From positions 3,596,001 to 3,660,000 of the forward strand of contig JAYWIR010000014.1 in NCBI GenBank assembly GCA_036172245.1: a stretch of DNA of 64,000 bases. Reading direction: 5' to 3'. A program made the position numbers and the translations under genes. Shown piece by piece: positions 23,601 through 37,200 of this stretch; the first letter of the stretch is position 1, and each line of letters opens with the position of its first letter. The notes under the pieces are model-generated. The model saw only the letters and a program-made list of their open reading frames with translations, searched no databases and had not been told where the DNA came from. Source of the stretch: Raillietiella orientalis (Eukaryota).

Positions 23601-26600
23601 TTATGTTTTTCAACTGTCGAGCGCTCGATAGCGCTCAAGTCCTCACAATTCTACAGGATTGACTTCTATAGGATCGGTGTGGCATCTCCCTCTGATGACC
23701 ATCTATTGAGAGGACGATCGTGTTGAGTACAAGGGATGAAGAGGTGTGGAGATGCGGAGATTCGAGCACGTTGCTTCGGCTGCAGAAGAAATTTGTTTTA
23801 CTCGGAATAGAGAGGGATGCGTCGTGTTTCTCTTCTAGTGAGAACTCTGTTCTCACTTGAAAGACAATTCTCTTTCTATCGTGGGAACAAAAAGTGCAGT
23901 GCGAGCGAACATCTGAGACACTCCAGAAATGCTAGACATTTCTGGAGTGTTTCGTCCGGTAGGTTCTCGAGATGCTAAGTCCTCTACTTCGCTGAGCCTC
24001 TGCAATGCTATAGATGACTTGGAGCGGCTTCCGATTCCATTCATGATTCCCTCCTCTTCGCACTTTTCTAAATCACTCCAGGACAGAGAGAAGAGGCAAA
24101 GCAGGACTAGGTCCAGCTTAGGCGTCTTCCACTCATCGATCATGCTCTCCGCTGATAGCTCACAAAGCCTCAAGAGGTAGTGTGTCTAAAGCATCTTATT
24201 CTTGGATCCGGTGCATAGGCAGTTATCGAGAATAGGGAAACGCTCCATGAGGAGTGCGATTATTTTATATGCATCCCTTATTAATAAATATTCCCTGGAC
24301 ACTCACGGTCACGTCTTTTCTCCTCGGTAGCCTCGTCATCTTCTCTTCGTCTATGACCTTGTTCATTGAGACCAAACAGATGGCAAGTACGGAAAGTCTA
24401 ATTGAGAAACTTATTCTTAGGAAAGCTCAACCTTCGGTGCACCTCAACGAAGGAATCCAAATTCCATGTGCTGAAAGGCAGAGGCCAATTACAGAATTCA
24501 TAACTCATACTATTATCGACTTCCGTTAACGGCTTTACCCGCGCATGAATGATCAGAAAGGCTCGAGCCGCCAGATGCCTGCTAACATGCGAAAGATCTC
24601 ACTCACACTTATCGGATTTCAAGGCAGCTAAGGTCAGAATTTCACATAAAATCGGACAGAAGCCGCAGGACATCACAAGGAACACTTCGATCACCGCTTA
24701 GAAGATGCACAAATTAAAAGCAACCCAATTCCTCAACGAAAAGGGATCGTAAACCAAGATTAGTAGTCTTCCACTTCTCTATACAAAGATGCGAAATACC
24801 TGACTGAACAAATGTCAAACCTAGTCGAATGAGGTAGAGACCAGTGTACACTAAATGTGTCTGCCTGTGCTTTAACTCCGACTTTATTGTCAAGTTCCAA
24901 ATACCCAATCATTTCGTTCTAGATTCTAGGTTCGAAAGCTCGATGTTCAAGGAGAGTCTGGGACGGCAAGAACAGACCAGCTATCTACGTACATTAAATG
25001 GCGAATGCCAAACAACATGTAGGCCCTAGGAAATAGTCACCAATCTGCTTTCACACATATCGATGAGCTTACTCAATCCGTCAAAATAGTTACTATCGTT
25101 TTTACCAAAACATTCTTTTTCCATCGGAAAGCAATGTCTATACACTCTGTATAGGCACAAGGTACGGTACACCCATACAGGAGGCAGCATTCAGAAGAGA
25201 TCCTATATAGCAGATTTTGGTCACTAATAGGCGTCCGGCCGGAAAAGCAGTGGTTTCCTTAAATGAGCTTCGTGTCGTCGAGCGACTGACAGCAAGACAC
25301 CCATGTCTTTGACTGGTTGAGGACTCTACGACGAGACGTATTGAGACTGTCGCAACAAAAAAAATGTTCTAAAGAATTACACCTCAACAACTACCAGGCG
25401 TTCTAGTCAGTTGGGAGTGCCCAATGTATGATCAATTATGCCTGCTAAGTGTCCTCCTCTTCTGGAAACCACACCGAAAAGTACCATGCCCAGAATAGTT
25501 CTTTCGATAAAGAATGCTTTATAGACCACACCATTAAACAAGAGAAAGCTTTTTATTTTGTTGTTATTAGTAAAGAAGTACACAGATTCGAAGAAAGTCG
25601 TAAAAAGTTACGTGTCATCTGCATGAAAATTTTCTGATAAAGAACTTAATGATATCTGTTAAACTGATAACTTCTCATACCTAAAAAACAAGTAAGTTGC
25701 CTACTGAGCATTGGACGCCTCTATGGAGAGCATAAATGAATAGAAGTAGGAAAGATAGGCATCACTACTGTAAAGACAAACAGAGTGAGATCGAGTAATC
25801 AACAGCATATCTTTGGAATCAGTATTCAATAAGTAATAAATGTGTCCATAAGCATTTTATTCCATTTCATTTTTAATGCGTTCTTTATATAGTTTACATG
25901 CATATATGTGCAAGCTAATATGTGTAACTTCACAAGAGTTTTTTTCTAGACAAATGCAGCCATATGTAAATGAAAGTGTATTTAATATTTTGAGATATTT
26001 TCACAAACCAACCACATTTTATTTAACATTCCACTTTTTTGTTTGTTTGCATGTGAAGACATGTTACGTGTCATTAAAGAATTGCGTTCATTCTGATTTG
26101 ATTACAATCATAGTTCATAGCGTGAGAATCGGTTTCAACGTATTTTTTTTCAAAAAATATATACATTTCGTTTTCCCTGAATCTCCAATGGGATGTGCTA
26201 CACACCATAGGCGTACGTAATGCTGTAATATTAATAATAGGCATTTTCCATTTAATCACGCCAAGGTTTGCGAAAAATTGGTATAAATGGAAACTGCAGA
26301 AGTGCCAATGGTTCGTCAGCATGGAGAAAACCCGACTCCTGCAGCCGTTGCATTTTCCGTGTAGAAGTGCCTCACTTGTCCGGGGTTGCCAATGACTTCA
26401 ACTCACGCTGGCTTGCGTTGAAAGAAGTCATTCTTTTGCACTAAGCAGACTTCTTATTTATGCTCCAACGCGTGCTTACTCTGACTATGTGTTTCGCATT
26501 CATGAACATTTGAAAGGTTTGGGAACATGAAATTATTAATTGATGCGGAAAGTATCCACTATGTTTGTCGTCTTGGGAAGTGTAACAGCACGAGCTGCGA

Positions 26601-27357
26601 TGTGTGTAAACAAAACAAACATAACACGCTGGGTTTGCTTACGGATAGTGTGACTGCCGATTTGTGAGCAGGTGAAGTCCGTTTAAAAACAGAATGATTG
26701 GAGTTGCCCCACCAAAGGAAAAAATTCTTCAATGTTGGTCTCCGTAATTTTTTTTTTTAAGTATATTACCCTGTTAAAACTGGTATAAACTATTAATTGT
26801 AACACTTCATGGGTGCCAAGTTGTGTGTATACGTTCCGTGTTAAGTGAAGAATTACAGGGGGTGTCAAACGGAACACTTATTGCAGACCAACTTTTAAGT
26901 ATGGAGCATCCACTGGCCACAGGCCATGATAAACAAAGTTCATTTCTTGTCTTTTGGAAAGTATTAAATGGTACAGGGGCACATAATGTAACAGTTATTG
27001 GCATCTTGGGAAGTAATTACAAATAATTTCTTTGTACTCAGACTTATGCAAATAGTAAGTCAAAGTTAATTTGGACACCAAGCAAAATGAAGGATATTGA
27101 AAGCCAACCTAAGAATTAGTCTTACATGGGCCTCCTGGTGAAGCAATAAACATGCTTTCAGCCATCATTCAAAAATTTTTTCCTAGTACACTACCATTTT
27201 GGAGCAATTCTTTACAAAATTGTCTCAAAAATAGCTACTTGTTCATTTATATTAAGTTTTGTGTGGAACCTTTTTACTTAATCACTGTTATGCATTCATT
27301 TCTAGATTACATTAGCAAGTGCTTTAGCAATGGCATAACCAATGCTGAGTGCAAGCA

Positions 27358-28887
27358 ATGGGTGAAAATACTGATGATCACAAAACACTGCAATGTTTGA
27401 AAATTGCAGTTGTAGGTTGTGCACATGGGGAGCTTGAAAAAATATATGGCACTTTGCAAATTCTTGAAAAGCATTATAATTTCCACACAGATCTCTTATT
27501 GTGTTGTGGTGACTTTCAAGCTACAAGAAATTTGGATGATCTCCATTCAATGGCTGTGCCACCAAAGTACAGAAGAATGTGCTCGTTCCATAAGTATATC
27601 TAAATTGCTTCCAGCAGTATTAATGCATCTACTAGAAGTTCTTGCTGTTTAATCAGGCAATAAATTTGTTTTCTTAGGTATTACTCAGGAGAAAAAGAAG
27701 CACCTGTGCTCACAGTTTTTATAGGAGGAAACCATGAAGCATCTAATTATCTTCAGGAATTACCCTATGGAGGTTGGGTAGCACCAAAAATATATTACAT
27801 GGGATATGCAGGTAATAATTTAGTCCAACAGGGAAGGAAAAAAAGCACTTTTAGGAGTTGTGAAATTTGGCAATATTCGCATTGCTGGGTTGTCAGGGAT
27901 TTACAAAAGTCATGATTATACCAGGGGGCACTATGAGGTGCCTCCTTATAACAGATCTAGTATCAGGTCCGTGTATCACATACGGCAACTTGAGATGCAG
28001 CGTCTTTTGCAGCTGAAACAACCTATAGACATATTTCTTAGTCATGATTGGCCAAAGGAAGTGACACAGTTTGGCAACACTGATGATCTTATATCAAAGA
28101 AACCATATTTCAGGTGTGCAATACATATTCATATTGAATTTAACATATGTACAGAAAGGAGGTAGCATGCTGTGAATTGGGTAATCCAGTGACAGGCCAG
28201 CTGTTATTCCAGTTAAAACCTACTTACTGGTTTGCAGCACATCTTCATGTGAAGTTTGCAGCCCTTGTGCCACATACAAATGTAAGTAATCAGTACAATA
28301 AAGGAAACAAGCCGTCTCCTAGAGCAATCAGTACACACGTTTTTTGGCCCTAGATAAGTGTTTGCCACACAGAAATTTCCTTCAGGTGAGCAGTTTTGAC
28401 ATTTGGATAACTGTTGCATGCATAAGCATAGATCTTAGATATTCCTTGCAAAGGTTCAGCACCTTTAAAACTCCAATATGACCATGAGTGGTTGCACATC
28501 CTCCAAGCAACAGATCATTGGCTAAGCACTTCATGTGTTTCATGTGACATCCCAACCAGCATGTTCCCACCCACACTTAAGCAGCTTGCAGCAGTTTCCA
28601 CTAGACAAGAAATACCCTGCAATTTTAAACCTAACTGTTCACTATATAAGAAATGTGACAGGACTTCAAATGCAGAGCTAGAGACATTATTGGAAAATCC
28701 ACAGACAGTAGAACTTTGTTCTTGGTTAGCAATAAGACATCCTTTGAAAGAGGCTTGTCATGGAGTTTGCCAATCTGTATCTGTATCTGAATGTAGTTTT
28801 GTGAGTGAACAGTCCACCTGTTATTCTATGTCTTCAGAGAAAAGCACAATTAATCCCAATGAAATTTCTCTCAGTGATGATGAATAA
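27358..28887 (+). CDS. DBR1: Lariat debranching enzyme (metallophosphoesterase), 424 aa
   Basis: Exons 27358-27593, 27678-27811, 27855-28113, 28155-28281, 28323-28385, 28432-28887. Intact motifs [69 protein letters not shown]. Confidence 0.96.
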
Positions 28888-28892
28888 ATTTG

Positions 28893-30465
28893 TTATAATA
28901 AAACAATGGTTCGCTGCTGTCCTACTAAGCAGCGCTCCTGCAGAATTTGTTCCTTCTTGAAGGCTAATTTGTTTTGTTTCTTTTCTTGGCATCTCTCCTG
29001 AAATACCACAGTGAACCTCCCACCAAAAAACAAATGAACTGACCCTGCGCAATTGATGGATAGCCTTTTTGCGTACACGTCTCTCCTCAGGAGACTCATC
29101 AGATGGGCGAATGGATAGCTGTGAAAGACAACTCAAGAGATCAGAAGTAGGGTGTTTGCTGGAACTGGAACTCCTTGTGCTCTTTTCAAGCCATTTCACA
29201 TTTTGATGTGTTAACTTGCTGTCATCTGAAGCAATACCCTGTCTGTTCACGCGAATAAGACGAGGAGGCATTATAAGTTCAGGCAAATTGAAAGTTTTAG
29301 TGCCAGTGCTACAAATGGATTCACAATCCAGCTGGATACATTGCTGCTGTGGATCCCAAGCATCATCTGAATCTTGATTTTCTTCTGCATTTTCCTCTAA
29401 TGTAAACAACTTTCTCTCTGAGTTATCTGTGTCCTTTTCGTAACGACTACATGGTTTATCCACGAATTTCATAAGCTGTTCTGGAAGGGGAGCAATATAA
29501 CCCTCAATGTTTTCTCCATCCAAGGATCCAATTGCATCGTCTCTGTATTCTGCAAAGAACTACGTTTCACATTGTGGAAATACTGTACATTTTGTAATAC
29601 TTTTTCAAATTGTTCATCCAATGTCAGCAAGAGCTCTGATCGGGGCAAGATGGAACTGCTCAAGGAATAGTTAGTGAAGTGACTCTTGCTATCTTCAAAA
29701 CCACTGTTTTTATCTGATGAAAAGCTTGAAGTTTCATCATCTTTGGCAACTATGTATAGATGATCAACATCCTGACTTAATATGGTGGAAAGAAAAAAGT
29801 TGCTTGAGATGCTCAGTTCCAATACCAAAAAACTGGTTCACATGCTTCTTCTTCATTTGCTAATTGAATAAAGTTATCTTCGAGTTCGTTTTCTGGATCA
29901 CTATAATCGAAATCATCATCTAAAGCAGCAACTACATCTGGGTCCCAATCTGGTCTGGGTCCTTGAATGCTAAAGTAACTTTTGGCCAAAATATAATTAC
30001 AAACCTTTGTTCAAATAAGTAGAATCACGTTCCTTTATTGAACCAGGGAGAACTTTGGTTGGAAAATGCAATGAAACCTACATACCACGCAAACTGATGG
30101 ACTGAATTCCTTAAATCAGGTTCTGCAACCCCCACCCCCCGAAAAAAAAAAAAAAACTACCTAAGAATCCTTCCTACCTTTTTAGCAGTTTTATTCCTTT
30201 TTTTGCTTTCAACTGGTACTAGAACGAATTGTGGAGCATCGTCGTCATCTGCTAATTCATCCCTCAAGCTCCGGTGTACTACATCGAACGTTGCTTTATT
30301 TTTTCCAATGAACTTCTTTTTTTTTGTCTGGAACACGATTCGTCGTAATTAAAATGTATAGATTCCATATTTATAATGAACCAAAAAGTTATTGTGCGCA
30401 TCATTTTCTTCCATTACAAAGATATTAAAAAGCCTAAATCAAATCAATTAAAAGAAGCATACCAT
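28893..30465 (-). CDS. LTV1: LTV1 40S ribosome biogenesis factor, ~385 aa
   Basis: Exons 30465-30463 (ATG only), 30327-30178, 30077-30005, 29961-29826, 29775-29601, 29559-29044, 28997-28893. Motifs KKKKFIGKNKATFDVVHRSLRD, GPRPDWDPDVVAALDDDFD, SKSHFTNYSLSSS, LTLDEQFEK, DCESICST, ESPEERRVRKKAI, EKKQNKLAFKKE. Confidence 0.92.
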
Positions 30466-32458
30466 ATCCAAACTGCACTTTGGGAATCACAGTGTACTTG
30501 GTGAAACTACATACAGAAGTACCAGCTGGTTTATGTATTATTTGCAATTTTTATATAACGCAGCATCTGATGATAAAAATAGTTAGAAATGAGGAATTTA
30601 TGAATCAGAAAACCTTTTATGAATGTATGATTTTATAGTAACCCTAAAAATGATGCACATAACGGAATTTTATCTTTTCAGAGATTTTATTTAATCAGCA
30701 AAGTTTTGTTGAAGTTAGATTTGGAAATTATTGATGCAATTTGTTTTCTAATAAATTAATTTTTATATCTTCGTCCATGAAACAGTTTTGTGAATTGAAA
30801 ATGTGTCTTTAATTCACGTATATATGAGAACTACCCGAACCAATTTCTAATCATGTCAAATCCTAGGTTCATTGTCACATGTGAATGTTTAGAGCATGCT
30901 TTTTTCTTGTTGTTTAGCTGATATTTTTTAGCCTATGGTAGTTTCTACTCTCAAACTTGACTTATCTTTCAGCAATGAAACAATTTGTCAATATCGAAAG
31001 ATGAATTTCTGACTCTCCTCCATAATCTTCAATACTTATTCCAAAATTTCTGGTGTTATCTCAGTGCTTCATTTTTATTGATTTCTGAATTATTGAAATT
31101 AACAGTACCTATAATGTTTCCTTTTTAAACGATAACTCAAAACATTATAAAGGAGTGCAGTTAAAGTAAGCACATGCAATCATGCAATTAGCACAATTTA
31201 TACGTTTAGTTACTCGAAATGCTTTTACTTTTACTAGAATTTTGCTATCACTCCAACTTTCTTTTTTTACTCTCACATTTTTCAGAAGTTTCAAAGAAAT
31301 CATTGCAGTTAAGGCATTAGAAGGTGTGCTAGGAAATTAAGGAACAAGCTTCGTTTACTATTTTTCGTAAGCAATAACAACAGTACTTTTTTTGAAGCAT
31401 TGTTTGATAAGGTGTAGTTACAGTTGGAATTTTATATTTCAGCTTGTATATGTTAATTTATCATCACTTGGATCTTCTTATTTGAGATCTTATATGATGG
31501 ATTTTTTTCTACTTTTCATTTCATGATGTATTTTGTTTGATTTTATTTAGTAAAGTAGCGGTATAATGCAGAAACTAAATAAAAATTCAAAATTCGTTTA
31601 GAATGACTAAATTAGAAATCGATTCATGGGTTTATTAACGAATTAATTGAGATGTACAAGGTGTGTGTTCTATTACATAGAGCACAGCAATTTTTATGGC
31701 ACGAATTTCTACAGATTCCAAAGATGATCGATCTTATAAATATATAGATAAGAGATTATTTCAGGATGTAAAATGAAATCACAAGTAAAATTCCAGAGGT
31801 ATGAGGTAGAAGGCAGGAGGAAAGGGTACCCGTGGAAAACTCTCGGAAGCATAGATCGTTTGAGTTTGGGATTAGTGTGACATCCTCTCGCAGGGACTTA
31901 CAGCTTCAAGATTTTTCATCACTTGTCTAGAAGCAGCTGCTGTAATTACAGTTTCCTCTAGACCGATTCAAGGTGAGAGGTAGCAGATGGAGAGAAGTGA
32001 AACAAGAGGAGCCTGTCGATCTTTGGGGACAAGAAGATGTTCGAGCCATCTCATCCAAAAGCCTCTTCGGAGGTAAAAAAACAAAGTGAAGTATAATCGG
32101 ACTGTGTCCGTGGGTAACCAGATCTTTCCGATTTCCAGACAAATCTTCCGAAGCTCAATTGAGGCTCATCCCATAATTCCGTAAATTGTTTTTTTATTTC
32201 TGAGAATTGCTTTAGTATAACACTAATTAGTTGAAAATTATTTAATGCAACCTTCATGAGAAAAATGCTTAATAATGGACCTTTTTCTCAGCAAAATCTT
32301 ACCATTCAGCGAGATTAATACGAACTTCTAAGAGATCTTCAGGAGGCTGTCAAGCGACTCGAAGGCTCTCACCGGTCGGATGATACATTGCGGACTCGGA
32401 TGCTGCTCGCGAAGCTGCCACCCCAGGAAGAAAGCTGGACTTTCTCGAGTTCTCAGGC

Positions 32459-33418
32459 AGGCGACCCGTTGGACTTCCGACCCCGGGAGGCCCTACGAAG
32501 CCGATATCTGCAAGGAGACCCCTCCTGGTCTCCCTACTCTCTGTCCTCGGGATAACTCTTCCCCGAGTCCGAACTTCCCGGAGGTTCTTTTTCCGAGCGC
32601 CCTGTCGAACGGGCCGCTGCCCGAGCGGGGCGAGAAGGGGTGCGATGCGGCGCGAGCTGCCGGCACGGGAAACGCGATCCCGGCGATGCCGGGAAGCAGC
32701 GCGCCAACCCGTCTCAAGCCGGGTCCTCGGGACTGCCCGTGCTGTCCTCGAAGCTCGAGCATCGGCTGCCGCCACCCTGCTGTGGAGCACGCAGGGGCAA
32801 CCTCCCCCCTCCCCCTCCACGCGTTTGCACTCCCGTTCTCCGGGTGTCAATCCACTTTTCCTTCTGGCTCCGGGTGTCTGCCTGCGCCCCACGAACTCGA
32901 GGTCATATCCTGCGCGAGCTCGCTGCTCCGGGAGAGGCAGATCGACCGACCGGCGGGAGGCCTCGAAGTCTGGTGTCTTTGTGGGAACCTCTCTGGTGAC
33001 CCGAAATCCACGTGAGTCTTTTGCGGGAGAGTTCTGGACCCCCCACTGTCCGAGGCGTGCCCCGTGGGGGAGGATTGGGGATTCCTTCCTTCTTCCCTCG
33101 GCACGTCTTCCCGGTGGGAGGAGGAAGAGTGAATGAAGGGGGTGGGGTTTGGGGGGAGGACCAGTGGCTGGTTTCTGGATGCAGGTTTCAGGAGCGCGGC
33201 GAGAATGAGGGATGACATCATCTCACTTGCGGAAGCATAAGGATTGTCGGACCGACCACTCTTCTGGGATGGGAAGAACTCGGTGGTGCAACACTCTGTG
33301 GAAATGAACGGGGGATGCACCCGTGTCTGTATCGATCCGGGATACCGCAATCGACGGATGACCCGGGGCTGAATTTTCTCAGAGGTGTTACTGAATCCGA
33401 GCTGGGACCCCTTTCGAC
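32459..33418. repeat. 960-bp dispersed direct repeat, copy 1
   Basis: Identical to 54789-55748 (constant offset 22330) apart from 8 substitutions counted by eye; no indels. Confidence 0.95.
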
Positions 33419-34115
33419 CCGCATCCCTCCAGCCAATCAAGTTTCCTCGCGCTACCGCCGGAGCGATCTGCGGCGGTGCTGGGAGAGTCTTTCGGGAAGC
33501 TGGTAGCCACGCGAGTTTTCCCTGGAAGCTGAAGGGGCGAGCTGCACCCTAGGGAAGAAATTTAGGCGTTCCCCTCCCTCTCTTCCCCCTCCGCTGCCGC
33601 CATCACTGGCTGCGGGATCGGCACGCTCAATTCTCGTGCCTCGGGGTGATCTTGTGGGGGGTCTTCCCTTTCGCGGCACCTGCTGAGCGTCCTCAGACCG
33701 ACGGCTGCTTTCCTGCAGACAAGTCGGCTGCTCATTTCGGGACGGCCGATGTTGATACCCGCCGCCTCGTCCGCAGAGACTTGGGGACAGTCCGCGCAGT
33801 TTCTTCGTGCGGTCCACCCGGCGCTACTCCTCCTTCGGCAACCTCCCCGCTGGTCCGCCCCGATTCCAGAACCCTCCATCCCGTGCGCGCGCTTCGTCGT
33901 CCCGCCTCCTAAAGCTCCGAAAGGGGGAGTCGCCGGTCGGGTCGTTTGTCGTTTCCTCGGGCATTCGTCCAGAGGTCCTGAGCGTCCTCCTCCACCTCTG
34001 CGGGGAGAACCCGCGGATCCACCCACGTTCCTTCCCGCTGCTGCTCTCCCTTCACGAGCCATCCCGGAGCCGGCGGACGCTCCATCGCGATCGCCGGTCC
34101 TCGGCTCGCGCGAAG

Positions 34116-34273
34116 ACCCCATAGCATTGCGGGTCCCGTGTGGCTCCCGGTCCACGGAGAGCCCCCGCCAGGAGTCGCCCCTTCACCCGTAGGACGGTCT
34201 CGCTGGCTCCTCGAGATCGGGCGGAGGCTCTCCGTGGACCGCGAGCCACACGGGACCCGCAATGCTATGGGGT
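34116..34273. mobile_element. MITE-like element with 54-bp terminal inverted repeats
   Basis: Left arm 34116-34169 (ACCCCATAGCATTGCGGGTCCCGTGTGGCTCCCGGTCCACGGAGAGCCCCCGCC) is the reverse complement of 34220-34273 with 2 mismatches; 50-nt spacer. The CCCC...GGGG ends are flanked by GA and TA (possible mutated TA TSD). Confidence 0.8.
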
Positions 34274-37200
34274 ACGGGCGGCCTTCGAAAAAGGGGAGCA
34301 GGTCGGCGCGACGGAGTCGGACGGTCCTCCTTCAACCCGATAGGAGGATCTCGGAGTTGCCGTCTTCCACCGCTCCCCCCTTCCTCTTTCCTCCCTCCCC
34401 GGTTCCGCTTAGCGCTGCCTCTTTCTGCGCGCTGCCTCTCCCGCGCTAAAGGAGGTGTGGGATGCGCTCAGACCAGGATCTCCCGGGTGCATTCATCTTC
34501 TGGAGGACAAAGATTCCGACGAAAATAACTTGGCATCCCTCCTCATCGAGTCGGCTCCAGGAACAACGAGCTCTACGGAGGGGAGGTGCCAAGGAGGATC
34601 GCGAGCGACAGGACTTCCTCCGGGAGCCGTGACATTCCGGTGTTCTCCACCGCGAAGCACTTCCCAGGTGCTGCTTGCTCTCCTCCGGCGCGCGCCGCCA
34701 CCTCCCTCCATCGGATCTGGCTCGCGCGCGCGCGCGCGTGCGATCCCGGGAGCGTTTTTTATCTCGTTTCCGTTTCCTCTGGTGGTGGTCGCGCGTGGTG
34801 TAGTGCAACGTCGACGACTCCGCCCGCCCCCGTTTCGTTGCAGGACACGCCGCAGGATGGAATCCCCGGCGTCGGAACGAAGCGCATAGAGAGAACGGGA
34901 GGAGCGCGCGACCATGAGTGAGTACCTTCCCACCCAACCCCCAACCGCCCCCACCATCTTCTCGCTCCGCTCTTGACCTTCGGCGACTGCATTCACGCAG
35001 GTGGCCCGCGGTCTTTGCGGAAACCGCTGCTGTCGCCGTCCGGTGTGGAGTACCCGCGGCTACCAGCACGCGGAGAGGCGCCGTGCTCTCTGGTTGCTTT
35101 CTGCTGGTGGGTCTCTGTCGACTCCCAACCCATTCGGTGCCCGGGAGGAACGGAGAAGGGTCGGCCTGGACTCGAAGCGCGGGAAAAACTGCGCATCCGG
35201 CGGAGTGCGGGCATCGGCTCTCGTCGTTGCCCTGCCGCCGTCGTTCCTGCAGGGCTGGCTGCTCTCCTCCGGAACGGGGAAACCTTCCGGAAGACACCTT
35301 GCTTCCTCTTAGGTCGCAACTTCGTGCGCAGCAACTCTGTGACGGGAGTCCCAACGTGTCGGCGAGTGCCCACCAGCCACACCATCCGGGAGCTTCCGGG
35401 ATGCGGTCGTTCGACGGGAGGCCCTCCCCGTGCAGAGCTCGGCGGAGCGCTGGAAGAGGACCTCTCCCTCCTTCCCCGATTCTCCTCCTTCTGAAGCGGG
35501 CGGAGCGCTCCTCCGTGCCGCTCCCGTGGCCCGGAAGAATCTCGGCAAATCAATGCACGGGGAGAAGTCAAGATACATCCGGTTGCTATGCGTGGCTCCG
35601 TCCGCCTTCTCCTTTAGCAGCAGCAGCCCCCATCGTCCTCTCCTAACGCGTCCTCGCGCTTACTGCGTGCGATCCCTTTCCCCTTCCTCCTTGCCGTTCC
35701 CGCTTCGAGACGGCAACCGGAAGTTCGGCGCGGATTCCGGGCAGGCTCCTGGGATTCGCCGGGATGGACGCGCCCCGCGCCGGAGCAGCGCGAGGGACCC
35801 GCGGTGCGGCGCGCGTGCGAACGTTCCGGCAAGGGAAGCCTCTCCCGGCTCTGCTTGGCCGCTTGGACCGCATCCAGTTGTTATTTTCACTTTATCTTAT
35901 TTTGGAACCCGGAGGCGAGCGCGTGGGCACGCATCCTTTCCCGCTTCCGTGAGCGTCAGGAAGAAAGGAAGCGATCATCCACTTTCTCAATGAGGACTGG
36001 CGGGGGAGTTCGACAGGCTCACGAAAAAATAGAAAATGAGGGAGAGGGAGAGAGGAACGGCAGGGAGGAGGAAGCTTACGCCGAGGTTGCCAGTATCGAG
36101 GAGGTAATGGACCAGGGAAGAAGCGCGAGAGCGTCTCCTCGCGCGGCGTGTGTGTCTCCGTGCGGAGGGAGCTCTCAGGGAAGGGGAAGGGATGGGGGGG
36201 GGTCGCCTGTCTCTCTCGGATGCGCAGCCTCTCACGGCATCCGCTGGTCCCGGGTCAGAGGAAGGAAGGAAACCCTCCACACGAAGACAGGCACCACCCT
36301 GGAGTGTGTATTTGGGACTTCATTTTCCGGGGGAGAAAGCGCCCGCGAAATCCTTCCCAGCATCGCGTTGCCTTAAGCAGGCTGCAACCGCAGAGCTCGC
36401 TCCCTTCTTGGTGGAGGCCGCGACTGATTGGCAGCACCCTTTCTCGGCGTGGAGTGCGACCGCTGGCTTCGGGTGCGAAAAACGGGAGGACTGGATGCGA
36501 AAGACGGGGTGCCATCCGGTATTTGACAGCTGGCGACATGAGGAACCTTCGCCTCTTCCGCCCTCAACATGGCGAAGGGAACGAGCGAGCACTCTGAAAT
36601 GGGGGAGGAAGAAGGGGAGGGGGGCTTGGCGATTTTTCTCGAAGGCGGAGGGAGAGCGCCTCCCGCGTAGTTTGAGTCGGAAGAGCGGAAGTCCACCTGG
36701 ACGGAGGCAGGGGGCGTGCAGGGTCTGGAGCTTCCGGAAGAAGGGTCGAGGAGGAAGGAACTGGGGGGGGGGGGGCGCTGCGCGTACATGACGCACCGAT
36801 GCGACCCGCGAAAAAACCCCGGCCGAATCGTAACATTCCCGACGAGCGAACGGCGTGGGGGTAGAGAAAACTGTGGCTGTGTTTCCTCCGAAACGCAGCC
36901 GCCGCTGGGAGGAGCCACTTCCAAGTTCCGCCAGTGCGAAAGATTCGGGAAGGTGCAGCTGCCGTTCGGCGGCACCCCTATCCCTGGAGAGCCGCGCGGA
37001 AGGCACGCGGGACGTAATCGCGTGCTCAGCACCTACCATTCTGCGGTTTGAATGCGCAAGGAGCAACAGAAGAAGAGCCAGGAGGAAAGAAATGAGAAAG
37101 GATTTTTTTCCTGAGAGGCGCCTGCGACTGAATTCGCCGAAGGTTGCAATCCGAGGCTTGCCAGAAGAGGAAGAGAGGAAGGAGGAGTTCAGAGAGACAA

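Noticed and set aside
22300..25650. Possible decayed retroelement between golgin and DBR1
   Set aside because: Isolated FGF and QG-like echoes with no colinear RT motif series.
26391..26432. SECIS-like hairpin (AATGACTTC...GAAGTCATT)
   Set aside because: ATGA pairs canonically with TCAT rather than forming the G.A quartet, and there is no selenoprotein context.
28282..28335. Direct repeat AGYAATCAGTACA at the start of DBR1 intron 4 and exon 5, suggesting recent intron gain
   Set aside because: As far as I recall this intron position is shared with vertebrate DBR1, so a local duplication or chance is more likely.
30563..30610. CTGATGA-TAA...TTA-GAAA hammerhead-like motif
   Set aside because: Stems I and III do not form; expected by chance in AT-rich DNA.
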